A program made the position numbers and the translations under genes. A DNA stretch of 63,315 bases, the filler included, from an uncultured bacterium (GTDB lineage: Bacteria; CAZSTA01): the NCBI GenBank assembly GCA_964609495.1. It is 18 parts of 18 records of this genome, joined end to end, with 100 filler letters (N's around TTAATTAATTAA, not from the genome) between each part and the next. Parts side by side here need not be neighbours in the genome. Positions count along the whole stretch, not along the records: positions 50,576 to 53,727 come from CAZSTA010000283.1; positions 53,828 to 56,938 come from CAZSTA010000284.1; positions 57,039 to 60,134 come from CAZSTA010000285.1; positions 60,235 to 63,315 come from CAZSTA010000286.1; 14 more parts are not named here. One strand, written 5' to 3'. Shown here piece after piece: positions 51,853 through 62,797 of the stretch. Every line of letters starts with the position of its first letter. Position 1 is the stretch's first letter. Below the pieces are notes generated by a model. That model searched no databases, was not told the DNA's origin, and was given only the letters and a program-made list of their open reading frames with translations.

Positions 51853-52904
51853 TAAAAAGTAGATTTGATCTCGACCGTCTCCCCAGTCTCCGCCGAGCGA
51901 TATCCTGCCAGCATTATCTCCACTACGTGACGTCCGTGTTGAGGTGTAGCCAAGGGCTTCTTCTTATTCAGGATGCAATCGATGAAGTGGCGATGAGCGA
52001 TTCGCTGATGTTGAGAAGCTAGACTAGCCATTTGACCCCCTGCAGGCTCGAACCATCCCCCGGGATATTTCTTATTAGAATATATCTGCAATCTCCTTTC
52101 ATTTGGATCCATATAGAGCGTCCCCATCGTGCCATAGATCGCCAATCCCTCTCGAGAGGCTTGTTGCGTCCAGCTAGTTTCGATACTGCCGATAACGCCG
52201 TTGGCGAACTGGAGTGTCAGGACTGCGTTATCCTCGACCTCGATCTCCTTATCCGTCCTACTCGTGAATCCGCTGACCTTCTTCGCTGGTCCAATTAGAT
52301 CTGTTATCATACTGATGGCATATACTCCCATATCGAACAGCACTCCACCTTCCGCAACATCCTTGAGGAAGAACCAAGTCGTCTCTGGCTCCTCTCCAAA
52401 CATAGCGAGGGTGGATTTGTAGTATGGATCTGGTCCGGAGTGAGCGATTCTGCTTCTCGCCATGCAGATATCGCCGAGGATATCATCCTCGAGCATCCTC
52501 TTGACCGTCTCATAGATAGGATAGTTACTGAAAGGCAACGCCATCACCGTAACATCTGACTTCTCTGCAACTTTTACCAGTTCATCTGCATCCTCCATCT
52601 TGGTCGCCATAGGCTTCTGGACAAGGGTATGTTTGCCCGCCTTTATCGCTTCGATGGCGATAGGTGAGTGAAGGGGATGATAGGTCGCTACAATTATAGC
52701 ATCAATATCATCCATCTCCAGCAATTTCTTATAATCAGTGAACCAATCCTTGGCTCCGAACTTCTTTGCGGTCTCCTTTGCCCTCACCTCCCTTAGATCC
52801 GCAACCCCAATTAGTTCAGCTTCCCCTATCTCGGCTAGCTCGGGAAGATGAAACCAGTGGGCTATTCCTCCACAACCGATTATACCGACTCTGACTTTTT
52901 TCAC
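51852..52904 (-). CDS. Gfo/Idh/MocA oxidoreductase
   Basis: GIIGCGGIA, QKPMA, GGVLFDMGVY. Confidence 0.92.
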   Translation of the reverse strand: MKKVRVGIIGCGGIAHWFHLPELAEIGEAELIGVADLREVRAKETAKKFGAKDWFTDYKKLLEMDDIDAIIVATYHPLHSPIAIEAIKAGKHTLVQKPMATKMEDADELVKVAEKSDVTVMALPFSNYPIYETVKRMLEDDILGDICMARSRIAHSGPDPYYKSTLAMFGEEPETTWFFLKDVAEGGVLFDMGVYAISMITDLIGPAKKVSGFTSRTDKEIEVEDNAVLTLQFANGVIGSIETSWTQQASREGLAIYGTMGTLYMDPNERRLQIYSNKKYPGGWFEPAGGQMASLASQHQRIAHRHFIDCILNKKKPLATPQHGRHVVEIMLAGYRSAETGETVEIKSTF

Positions 52905-53000
52905 AGACTGCCCCCCTTATCTTAATTGAATAACATATCACAAAGTATAGCACTATGAGAACAGGTCGTCAAATGAGATTCGAGCTATTCAGAAGCGAAA

Positions 53001-53727
53001 TTATCCCTTGGTTATGATCTTAATAGCGTCTTCAGTCCTCTGAACTTGCGTTTTCGCCCCGATTTGCTTAAATATCTCTAACGCTTGTTGAAGATGCTCT
53101 AGCGCCTCTTCATTCTTCCCTAGAGCGCTATAGCTCGATCCAATATTAGCTAAGGCAGAAGCTTCTCCTTTCCTATATCCTATCTCTCTAGTTATATTTA
53201 ACGCTTGTTGAAGATGTTCTAGCGCCTCTTCATTCTTCCCTAGAGCGCTATAGCTCGATCCAATATTAATTAAGGCAGAAGCTTCTCCCTTCCTATATCC
53301 TATCTCTCTAGTTATCTTTAACGCTTGTTGAAAATACTCTAGTGCCTTCTCACTCTCTCTTAGATCGCTATAGATTCGTCCGATCTTCCCTAACTCGTTC
53401 GCTTCTCCTTGTCTATATCCTATTTCTCTATATATCTTTAATGCTTCTTGAAAATACTCTAGTGCCTTCTCATCCTCTCCTAGATCGCTATAGATAGCTC
53501 CGATGTCCCCTAAATCAGAAGCTTCTCCTTGTCTATAGCCTATCTCTCTGTCTATCTTTAACGCCTCCTGAAAATACTCTAGCGCCTTCTCATTCTCTCC
53601 TAGATCGCTATAGAGAATTCCGATTTCCCCTAACTGAATAGCCTCTCCTTCTCTATATCCTATCTCTCTAGTTATCTTTAACGCCTCCTGAAAATACTCC
53701 AGCGCCTTCTCATTCTCTCCTAGATCG
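53001..53727 (-). CDS. TPR protein C-terminal fragment (absent from the ORF track)
   Basis: About 5.5 tandem 120-bp units, e.g. EYFQEALKIDREIGYRQGEASDLGDIGAIYSDLGEDEKAL; ends ...KIITKG*. Confidence 0.9.
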
Positions 53728-53827
53728 NNNNNNNNNNNNNNNNNNNNNNNNNNNNNNNNNNNNNNNNNNNNTTAATTAATTAANNNNNNNNNNNNNNNNN
53801 NNNNNNNNNNNNNNNNNNNNNNNNNNN

Positions 53828-55511
53828 TATCATTCTCTCCTGTAGAATAATAGATATTACCGATGTTTCCTAAATCATCTGCTTCTCCTCGTCTACATCC
53901 TATCCCTCTATCTATCTTTAACGCTTCCTGATGATACTTTAGAGCCTTCCCACTCTTCCCTAGATCTTTATAAATTATCCCGATGTTTCCTAAGTCAGCA
54001 GCTTCTTCTCGTTTATATCCTAGCTCCCGATGAACCCCTAACGCTTCCTTATGATACTCCAGGGCCTTCTCCTTCTCCCCTAGATCGCCATAGATTAGCC
54101 CGATGTTACCTAATAACATTCCTCTATGTTCTAAACCCAGCTTTAACTCATTACAGAAATCTATCGCCTTGAGCATCTCATCTCTAAGGGATAATATAAT
54201 CCCAAGATTGTATTTTGTCTCGCCTATTTTCCTCATACACTCAACGAATCCCTTTTTATCCTCCGCCTCCTCCAGATGTTGAGGCCAATATCTCAAAGCA
54301 TCCAAATCCCGCTTGTTCTTCTCAAAGACTTGCTTATAACAGCTTGCTATGGTGCTATGCATCTCTTTGAGATCTTCGCCTTCCGATATCAGTCTTTCTT
54401 TCACATAATCGCTGAATATCTGGTGATAGAGCCTATATTTATCCCTTTCCTCTTTTCTCTTCTCAACTACTCGCTTGAGCTTGAAATCTTTAAATTGCTT
54501 GGCAACCGATCTTCGCTCTAATCCTGTCATCGTCGCTATAAAGGGGATATCCACATAGGTATATACACAGGAGAGATAATCGACTATCTTCACCTGCTCA
54601 TCGTTCAGTTCCTCGTATAAATTACGCATCAACTTCCCGATATCAGACTCATTTATATAAGTAGGCAGTTCCTCAATTGCCTTCTCCAGATCCTTAGCTC
54701 CTCTCAACAACTTAACAACAGAGTCTATCACGATTGGATATCCTCGGGGATCTTCAGGACTCCCCACATATTTGTCGCACAAGGCACGTATCATATCTGG
54801 TATTAATCTGGATCCGATCGAAGAGGATCTAAACAGCTTGTAAATCTCATCATAGGTAAGCCATCCTAAGCTCTCGATCACTTTTAGGTTTAGAGCTTCC
54901 CGATGAAACTTAGAATCCTCGGCTATGACATCACCTTCTCGCTGGGCTATTACCATCTTAACATAATGGGGTGGTAATTTTTTAGCGATAGACCGAAGGT
55001 TCTCAAGATGTTCCTCCCCATCAAGTTTATCAAGTCTATCCACTGGATCTATAAAGAAGATAAGCCTTTGCTTGCCAATTCTCCTTTCCGCTAAGGCATC
55101 AAGGGCATCAATAAACCTTTCCCTTGGAGATCTTCTATCCTCATCAATCAAGGTAGCAAGCATTTTCCCCACAGGGATGATAGCAATTTTTTCTATCTCA
55201 AACGCCTTCAGAACTTCTTTCCACTCCCCTCTCCAGAAAAATTTACCCTTTCTGAAGTCAACTAACATCTTCAATAGATATTCTTCAGGTTTATCCGTAG
55301 AATTAATATCATCATAGAAGAAGATCCAATTATCATTTTCACTACTAGCGATATCCGCAAATTCCTGCAACAAGCGCGACTTGCCCATCCCTTGTCTTCC
55401 AATAACGAGCAACGTTCCGCTCCTATCATCCTCTAGGAACTTGCGGAATATCTCTATCTCCTTCTCTCGTCCTACGAACTTTAGCTCGGATTTGGACTTT
55501 GGATTGCTCAT
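53828..55511 (-). CDS. STAND-like P-loop NTPase with TPR repeats, 3' truncated
   Basis: FVGREKE, GRQGMGKS, FFIDPVD, GYP, YRLYH, then 40-aa TPR units. Confidence 0.85.
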
Positions 55512-55716
55512 TGGGATTCCTCCTACTTTTTCTTCTGCGGAGAAAGGAGTCCGAAGAATTGGGCGATATTAACAACCACAATCTTATTATATCATAAGTG
55601 TAATATCTATTCAATAGCGAATCACAAAAATAGCGTCGAGGTCTTATGACCGCAACGCTAAATTTATAAGCATATATCTAAGAAATGATCATAATCGATC
55701 TATGAAGTTTACATAA

Positions 55717-56292
55717 TCACCATTGATAGGAGATCGAAGCATCTACCAGCAATCCATCGTAGATATCCGCATATCTATTGATAACCTTAATGGCGATGAC
55801 ATTAGCGCCACTATTCAGATAATCGGAGATACCATAGCTCTCAGCATCAGCCCAAGATTGCCCTCGCCCTATATAGCTTCCATTCACGTATAACTCATAT
55901 TCATTAACCGCGGTTACCTCTACAGTTCCTGATATCACCTTATAAGCTGGGATATCGAATTTCCGCCTGAAATAGTAATGATCTCCCGGCCCTATGATCA
56001 CCTTAAATCTTGGATCCCATATCCATTGAGCCTTTGTATCCTCCATACCAATTATAGTTACATTAGAGGGAGGACTATTACTGCATATAGTAGCTCCATA
56101 CCAACCCAAATCGTTAAAGTTGACATCCTCCCAACCACTGACCCCCCTATCGTAACATTTCCAATAGTAAGGTTCGCTGAGAATATCAAGGGGAAGATTG
56201 CCAGGGATCTCCAATTTGCACCCCGAGATATTAAGGACAACTAAAATTAAGAGCGATCCCGTCAAAATCGCCCTTATTCTTTTAAGCCTCAT
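55717..56292 (-). CDS. Putative lipoprotein with galactose-binding-like beta-sandwich
   Basis: Lipobox ISGC; AQWIW, YFRRKF, YELYVNG, GANVIAI. Confidence 0.7.
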   Translation of the reverse strand: MRLKRIRAILTGSLLILVVLNISGCKLEIPGNLPLDILSEPYYWKCYDRGVSGWEDVNFNDLGWYGATICSNSPPSNVTIIGMEDTKAQWIWDPRFKVIIGPGDHYYFRRKFDIPAYKVISGTVEVTAVNEYELYVNGSYIGRGQSWADAESYGISDYLNSGANVIAIKVINRYADIYDGLLVDASISYQW

Positions 56293-56400
56293 AGAGGACA
56301 CCTCTTCTTAATAACGATTAAGAGTCTATCTAACTTAACCTAAGAAATACACCCGCAAAAGTTACATATTTTATGTTTCGAGATAAATTTCGAATCGAGG

Positions 56401-56429
56401 TTGATTTTACCCCTATAGAATGGTATAAT
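56401..56429 (+). promoter_or_regulatory. rsmI promoter
   Basis: TTGATT-17-TATAAT with extended TG, 8 nt before ATG. Confidence 0.6.
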
Positions 56430-56437
56430 AAGCTAAA

Positions 56438-56938
56438 ATGGATGAGGATAAAGTAACTTCGGGAAAACTATATATCTGTTGCACCCCCATAGGGAATCTG
56501 GAGGATATCACCTTAAGGGCATTGCGAATCTTAAGAGAGGTGGATTTGATAGCCGCAGAAGATACTAGGCAGACGAGGAAATTGCTGAGTTATTATGATA
56601 TCCATACTCCCCTAACTAGCTATCATCAGCACAATCAAAGGGAGAAGGGGAAGAAGCTATTAGCTCAGCTGGAGGATGGCAAAGATATCGCTTTGGTCTC
56701 CGATGCAGGGATGCCTGGCTTATCCGATCCTGGTTACGAGTTGATAAGAGAGGCTATAGAGAGAAATATCCCGCTGATCCCTATCCCTGGACCAACTGCC
56801 TCGATAACGAGTCTTGTCATCTCTGGTCTTCCCACCCTCCGCTTTGTATATGAAGGCTTTCTGCCTAATAAGAACAAGCTTAGAAGAGAGATACTAAAAA
56901 GGCTTCGTGGCGAGACGAGAACAATAATTATATTTGAA
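56438..56938 (+). CDS. rsmI: 16S rRNA C1402 2'-O-methyltransferase, 3' truncated
   Basis: TPIGNLEDIT, AEDTR, VSDAGMPGLSDPG. Confidence 0.96.
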
Positions 56939-57038
56939 NNNNNNNNNNNNNNNNNNNNNNNNNNNNNNNNNNNNNNNNNNNNTTAATTAATTAANNNNNN
57001 NNNNNNNNNNNNNNNNNNNNNNNNNNNNNNNNNNNNNN

Positions 57039-57181
57039 TAAGTGAGATAGAAGGTTTGGAGAAGTTGACCAATCTTCAAGAACTCGATCTACAAACGAAT
57101 CCAATTGATATGGATGATGAAGCAAACCAAAAAGCTCTCGAGGAACTTGAAGAGCGAGGGGTTAAGTGTTTATTTAAGTGA
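57039..57181 (+). CDS. Leucine-rich repeat protein, C-terminal fragment
   Basis: SEIEGLEKLTNLQELDLQTNPI...GVKCLFK*. Confidence 0.75.
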
Positions 57182-57184
57182 GTA

Positions 57185-57326
57185 GGTCTTGAACTCACCT
57201 TAAAGGTCTTTACTTCGTAACCACCCTCCTCTAACCTCTCCCATCAAGGGAGGGGGAACTAAAGAGAGCAAGCTTAATCTGGATGTTCCCTCTCCCCTCA
57301 TGGGAGAGGGCTAGGGTGAGGGGGAG
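57185..57326. repeat. Composite (BIME-like) family A repeat
   Basis: Collinear with the reverse complement of 51706-51852. Confidence 0.9.
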
Positions 57327-57348
57327 ATCGGTGAAATGGGGGGATAAA

Positions 57349-58884
57349 ATGAGCTACTTAATAGGAATAGATCTTGGAACCTCCAGCCTTAAAACTATTC
57401 TGATAGATGAGGACGGTAAAGTCTTGGGAGAAGCCTCTGAGGAATATCCGATCGATACTCCGTTGCCCAATTGGGCAGAGCAAGATCCCGAAAGATGGTG
57501 GCGGGCTACTAAGAATACCTTGCGCAAGGTTCTAACAGATTCCGGAGTCGATAAGAATGAGATAAAGGGGATCAGCTTCTCCGGCCAGATGCATGGAACT
57601 GTATTAGTCGATAAGAACGGGAAACCATTACGCCCTTCTATTATCTGGTGTGATCAAAGAACTATAGAGGAGTGTGCTGAGATAGTCCAGAAGGTCGGAA
57701 GCGATAACCTGCTCAATATAGCTTGTAATCCAGCGGTAACAGGTTTTATGGGGCCAAGCGTCTTGTGGGTTAAGAAAAATGAACCAGAGATATATGATAG
57801 AATATACAAGATATTATCCCCCAAGGATTATCTTCGCTCGAAGCTTACGGGACGCTTAGCCGCCGAGGTTACCGATGGTTCGGCTACTCTCCTGTTGGAC
57901 GTTAGAGAGAGGAGCTGGTCAAGGGATATTCTGAAGTCTCTTGATATCTCCGAAGATCTCCTTCCTGATATATTCGAATCTCCTGTTATATCGGGAAATG
58001 TATCTCGAATCGCGGCTGAGGAAACTGGGTTACCAGAGGGATTGCCAGTAGCTGGCGGGGGAGGAGATCAGGAGATGGGAGCGATAGGAAACGGAATCTT
58101 TGAACCAGGTAAAGCTTTAGTGACGATAGGGACGGGAGGACAGCTCTTCGCGGTCATCGAGGAGGTCAAGATCGATCCTTGGCAAAGGATACATATCTTT
58201 TGCCACGCTATCCCTGGAAGATGGCATGTTTTGGGAGCGATGCTCTGTGCAGGATTATCTTTGAGATGGTTCAGGGATAACCTTGGGGATATCGAGAAGA
58301 GGACAGGAGAGCTATCCGGTATAGACCCTTATGAGCTATTAGGGAAAGAAGCCGAGAAAGTAGGTGCCGGGAGCGAGGGTTTAATTTTCCTGCCTTATCT
58401 TATAGGGGAGCGCACTCCTCATCTCGATCCTAAGGCTAGGGGAGTATTCTTCGGTCTGACTCTGAGGCATACTAAGGCTCATCTGGTCCGAGCTATTATG
58501 GAGGGCGTTGTCTTTGGTTTAAGAGATGCCTTGGAGATATTCAAGGAGTTAGGGATATCCTTTACTCAAGTTGTGGCTTCGGGAGGAGGAGCGAGGAGTC
58601 CGCTCTGGAGGCAGATTCAAGCTGATATATTCGGAACTGAGTTAGTTACCGTGAATGTTAGGGAGCAGGCGGCTTATGGGGCGGCGCTATTAGCTGGAGT
58701 AGGTGTGGGAGTATATGATAGTGTTAAAGAGGCTTGTGAGAGGACGATAAAGATCGCTAGTCATACTTACCCTATAGAGAAAAATGTCGAACTGTATGAG
58801 GAATATTATCAACTTTACAGAGCTTTATATCTTCATCTCAAATCCGATTTTGATAGAGTAGCAGAGATATCGGAGGTGAGTTAG
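57349..58884 (+). CDS. xylB: Xylulokinase
   Basis: GIDLGTSS, SGQMHG, IWCDQR, PYLIGERTP, SGGGARS; the called ORF's first 22 aa are translated repeat and spacer. Confidence 0.93.
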   Translation: MSYLIGIDLGTSSLKTILIDEDGKVLGEASEEYPIDTPLPNWAEQDPERWWRATKNTLRKVLTDSGVDKNEIKGISFSGQMHGTVLVDKNGKPLRPSIIWCDQRTIEECAEIVQKVGSDNLLNIACNPAVTGFMGPSVLWVKKNEPEIYDRIYKILSPKDYLRSKLTGRLAAEVTDGSATLLLDVRERSWSRDILKSLDISEDLLPDIFESPVISGNVSRIAAEETGLPEGLPVAGGGGDQEMGAIGNGIFEPGKALVTIGTGGQLFAVIEEVKIDPWQRIHIFCHAIPGRWHVLGAMLCAGLSLRWFRDNLGDIEKRTGELSGIDPYELLGKEAEKVGAGSEGLIFLPYLIGERTPHLDPKARGVFFGLTLRHTKAHLVRAIMEGVVFGLRDALEIFKELGISFTQVVASGGGARSPLWRQIQADIFGTELVTVNVREQAAYGAALLAGVGVGVYDSVKEACERTIKIASHTYPIEKNVELYEEYYQLYRALYLHLKSDFDRVAEISEVS

Positions 58885-59139
58885 ATGGAGTTTGTGGATG
58901 AGAAGATAAAGGTTGATAAAGAAGGCGGATTACCCGTCTCCTTTATATGGCGAGGAAGTGAATATAAGATCAGTAGAATCAGAGATAACTTTCAGGATTA
59001 TGATCTCCGCCAGAATTGGCGATTGAGGCGTCATCGCACTTGCTATGTAGTGGAGACCGAAGAGGGAAGTGTATTCGATATATATCTTGATAGAGGCGCT
59101 CGAGAACCAACGTGGATATTATATAGAAAGATCAAGTGA
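58885..59139 (+). CDS. Small hypothetical protein (DUF6504-like)
   Basis: PVSFIWRG, RRHR, FDIYLDR, WIL. Confidence 0.7.
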   Translation: MEFVDEKIKVDKEGGLPVSFIWRGSEYKISRIRDNFQDYDLRQNWRLRRHRTCYVVETEEGSVFDIYLDRGAREPTWILYRKIK

Positions 59140-59157
59140 TGGGGGGTGATAACTTTT

Positions 59158-60134
59158 ATGAAATGTCTAGGTATATTTGGCTCACCAGAAGCGCTTTGGG
59201 AGAAGAGTCTTGCTATAGGAGATATTGGAGGGAATGCGGTATTTGTAGGAGCTGGAGAACTAAGCGATGAACTCATAGAGAAGTGCCATGATCAATCCGC
59301 GAGGGTTTTTTCTGAGATAAGTGTCTTCGCCAATTACAGTTTAACGGAGGAATACCCCGAATTATGGCCAGTAGATGAGAAAGGAGAGAAGGTAACTCCA
59401 CCATCGGAGGGATATTTGGGAATGTGTCCCAGCCAAGAATGGTATAGAGATGATCTGCTGAAGAAGATAGCTGACTACATCTCTAGATACGAAGTGGATG
59501 GATTATGGCTCGATTTTATAAGATATCATACTCGCTGGGAGCTTCCAATCCCGAAGCTTCAGAATACCTGCTTCTGTCCCACTTGCCTAGCTAAGTTCAG
59601 CGAGGGTAATGATATGGAACTACCTGGGAATACAATCGCTGAGAAGGCTCGATATATCTTAACCGAACATTCCGCGACTTGGGTCGATTGGAAGTGCAGA
59701 CAGATAACTGATTTTGTGGCTGAGATCAAGGATACTCTCCGCAATAGTAGAGAGGATGCTATCTTGGGTATCTTCGCGGTTCCCTGGAGGGAAGAGGATT
59801 TTGATGATGCGATTCACAAGATTATAGCTCAGGATTTTGTCGCCTTAGCTCCTTATGTAGATGTCTTCTCTCCGATGGTCTATCACGGATTATGTGGTAA
59901 GCATACAGATTGGATCGGAGAGATAACAACTTATATGAAGGAGAAGACTAATAAGGAGGTCTGGCCTATCGTTCAAGCTATGGATGAACCGGAGGAGATG
60001 AGGCCGGGTGAATTAAAAGAGGCGCTTCAAATAGGACTAGAGGCTAGCTCAACTGGAGTTATGTTCTTTACTATCAATCACGTAGTAGCTAGTGAGAGGA
60101 AGTTAGAGGAAGTAAGGGAGGTTTATAAAGGGGG
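59158..60134 (+). CDS. Glycoside-hydrolase-like TIM barrel (GHL10-like), stop cut by contig end
   Basis: CPS, DGLWLDFIRY, CFCPTC, SPMVYH. Confidence 0.7.
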
Positions 60135-60234
60135 NNNNNNNNNNNNNNNNNNNNNNNNNNNNNNNNNNNNNNNNNNNNTTAATTAATTAANNNNNNNNNN
60201 NNNNNNNNNNNNNNNNNNNNNNNNNNNNNNNNNN

Positions 60235-60330
60235 CCTTAGATAAAGGAAACTTTTGCCGGTAACAAAACTCAAGGTTCAAAAGTTTCCTTATGGGAGAGG
60301 GATAGGGGAGGGGGAATTATATCTTGAACC
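60235..60330 (+). repeat. Family A repeat with a 51-bp family B element (60241-60291) in its loop
   Basis: CCTTAG[ATAAAGGAAACTTTTG...CAAAAGTTTCCTTA]TGGGAGAGGGATAGGGG. Confidence 0.85.
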
Positions 60331-60426
60331 CATTAATAAAAAGTAAGGATATGATACTTCGATTATCTGCTCAAAGACCAGAGGGCAGAAGATTTCTCTA
60401 TTAGGTTAAAGCGAGGTAGATAGAAA

Positions 60427-62109
60427 ATGGAGCTAATAAACTCTGCCCGTCTCAAATCCGATGAGCATGAGTATATCGATTTCTTTCCCCCTGGTTATGA
60501 GATCGGGCGCACTAAGTATATAATCATAACGGGAGGGGTTATGTCAGGGGTAGGGAAAGGAGTATTTAACGCTTCCTTATCCCATCTCTTACAGGTTTAT
60601 GGTTATACCGTATCGCCGATAAAGATCGATGGTTATCTCAATCAGGATGCTGGGACTCTGAATCCTTATCGGCACGGAGAGGTCTTCGTCCTCGATGATG
60701 GAACGGAGTGTGATATGGATCTGGGGACTTATGAGAGGTTCTTGGATACCGATCTGAATCGGAAAAACTATATAACCTCGGGGCAGGTATACGCGCTGAT
60801 CATAGAAAAGGAGCGAAGAGGAGATTATTTAGGGCGTGATGTCCTCGTCATTCCCCATGTTACTGGGGAGATAAAGTATCTATTACGAGGCAAGGCGATG
60901 GAGAAGCCTTATGATATTATCCTAGTCGAGATAGGAGGAACGATAGGAGATATAGAGAACCTCCACTTTGTAGAAGCCGCTCGTCAGATGGCTTATGAGG
61001 AGGGCAAGCGAAATTTTATGTTTGTTCACCTGACACCTGTTCTCTACTCCGAGGCTAGCGGAGAACAGAAATCCAAACCCACTCAGCACAGCGTCAAGCG
61101 TCTGCTGGAGATAGGAGTCCAGCCCGACCTTATCGTCTGTCGCTCGAAGGAGAAGTTAAGAAGAGGTGTCAAGGAGAAGATAAGCCTCTATTGTAACATT
61201 CCAGTAGAGAATGTTATCTCCAGCCCTCAGATGTCCTCGATCTACACTCTTCCCCAATTTCTCGATGAACAGAATGTTATTGGTATCACAACCGATATCT
61301 TAAGTTTACCTAAGAGGGAAGAGCCAAAGGATAAACCCTTCTCTAGATATGTGAATTATATGAGTTGCTCTCACAGAAAAATACCTATTGCTATAACTGG
61401 TAAATATACCACTGTTAAGGATTCCTACATTAGTATTACAAACGCCTTAGAGCATGTGGAACCCTTCGAGGATATCGAGGTGGATATTAAGTGGATCGAT
61501 ACCTCGAATGTAGAGGATGAAGATATCGCAGATCAGATGGAGGGGATCAAGGGACTCATCGTTCCTGGTGGATTCGGGGTTAGAGGCGCAGAAGGCAAAA
61601 TCAAGTTTATAAACTACGCCAGAGTCCACAATCTACCTTATCTGGGATTGTGCTATGGCTTTCAATTGGCAGTTGTAGAATTCGTTCGGAATGTATGTGG
61701 AATCAAAGATGCCTGCTCAACCGAATTAGATCCCGATACCACCTGCCCGGTGATCTATCTGCTTCCTGCTCAGCGCGATGTTGCTGGCATGGGAGGGAGT
61801 ATGAGGTTGGGAGGACACGATGTATCGGTAAAAGAGGGGACTCTGGCTCATAAACTTTATGATTCTCGCTCTTTGGTCCGAGAGAGATTCAGGCATAGAT
61901 ATGAATTAAACGTTGATTATCAGAAGATGATAGAGGAGAAGGGAGTGGTCTTCTCGGGGATGACTCCTGATGGGAAGATTATGCAGATATTAGAATTACC
62001 CGATCATAAATTCTTTATTGGCACTCAATTCCATCCCGAATATACCTCTAGGCCACTTCATCCTCATCCCTTCTTCTGGGGATTCATAAGAGCGGCAAAG
62101 GAGTATTGA
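60427..62109 (+). CDS. pyrG: CTP synthase
   Basis: TGGVMSGVGKG, HGEVFV, KSKPTQHS, GLCYG, QFHPE. Confidence 0.97.
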   Translation: MELINSARLKSDEHEYIDFFPPGYEIGRTKYIIITGGVMSGVGKGVFNASLSHLLQVYGYTVSPIKIDGYLNQDAGTLNPYRHGEVFVLDDGTECDMDLGTYERFLDTDLNRKNYITSGQVYALIIEKERRGDYLGRDVLVIPHVTGEIKYLLRGKAMEKPYDIILVEIGGTIGDIENLHFVEAARQMAYEEGKRNFMFVHLTPVLYSEASGEQKSKPTQHSVKRLLEIGVQPDLIVCRSKEKLRRGVKEKISLYCNIPVENVISSPQMSSIYTLPQFLDEQNVIGITTDILSLPKREEPKDKPFSRYVNYMSCSHRKIPIAITGKYTTVKDSYISITNALEHVEPFEDIEVDIKWIDTSNVEDEDIADQMEGIKGLIVPGGFGVRGAEGKIKFINYARVHNLPYLGLCYGFQLAVVEFVRNVCGIKDACSTELDPDTTCPVIYLLPAQRDVAGMGGSMRLGGHDVSVKEGTLAHKLYDSRSLVRERFRHRYELNVDYQKMIEEKGVVFSGMTPDGKIMQILELPDHKFFIGTQFHPEYTSRPLHPHPFFWGFIRAAKEY

Positions 62110-62112
62110 GTA

Positions 62113-62787
62113 ATGAAAGTCGAGATCATCGCCCACACCCCGGAACCATTGAAGGTGGTTTATACTGCCGCTCGTGCCTGTTACTCGACAAGCGGCCCCC
62201 AAGCTATATTCGAGACCGAGATCGCGGAGGATAGGATGGTGGAGTTAGTGCGGAAGGTGATAGAGCGGGGTCATACCTCGATCCTAGAGCATGTAAGCTT
62301 CACCTTCGCAGTAGAGGGTATATCTCGCAGTTGCTCTCATCAACTTGTTCGCCATCGTATAGCTTCTTATTCCCAGCAGAGTCAACGCAGGTGTAGTTTT
62401 GAGAAGGGGTCGGAGTATGTAACTCCTCCTTCGATAGCCTCTGATCCCGAGGCACTGGAGATATTTCAGGATAATATCTCCCTTTTACATAAAGCGTATA
62501 AAACGTTGTTAGAATTGGAGATTCCCTCTGAGGATGCTCGTTTTCTCCTTCCCAATGCCGCGACGACTAACATAGTTGTTTCGATGAACGCTAGAGAGCT
62601 TCATCACTTCTTCCGTCTGCGCTGTTGCTATCGAGCCCAGTGGGAGATAAGGGGCTTAGCTTGGAAAATGCTGGAAGAGGTGAGGGAAATAGTAGCTCCT
62701 CTCTTCGAGAAAGCTGGTCCTGCTTGCGTCAGTGAAGAGTGCAAGGAGGATTGGCCTGAATGTCCGATGCTCAGACAGAAACTTTAG
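62113..62787 (+). CDS. thyX: FAD-dependent thymidylate synthase
   Basis: GHTSILEH, HQLVRHR..SYSQQSQR, EDARFLLP, AQWEIR. Confidence 0.96.
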   Translation: MKVEIIAHTPEPLKVVYTAARACYSTSGPQAIFETEIAEDRMVELVRKVIERGHTSILEHVSFTFAVEGISRSCSHQLVRHRIASYSQQSQRRCSFEKGSEYVTPPSIASDPEALEIFQDNISLLHKAYKTLLELEIPSEDARFLLPNAATTNIVVSMNARELHHFFRLRCCYRAQWEIRGLAWKMLEEVREIVAPLFEKAGPACVSEECKEDWPECPMLRQKL

Positions 62788-62797
62788 AGGAAGCGAA

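Noticed and set aside
53081-53727. 120-bp tandem repeats as a CRISPR array or DGR template
   Set aside because: They are coding TPR units with no spacers; no reverse transcriptase is present and changes are not limited to adenines.
57283-57348. N-terminal extension on XylB (MFPLPSWERARVRG)
   Set aside because: Translation of the family A repeat; the real start is ATG 57349.
3841-60234. Regularly spaced TTAATTAATTAA motifs in N runs
   Set aside because: Artificial all-frame-stop linkers, not biological repeats; no cross-linker synteny was used.
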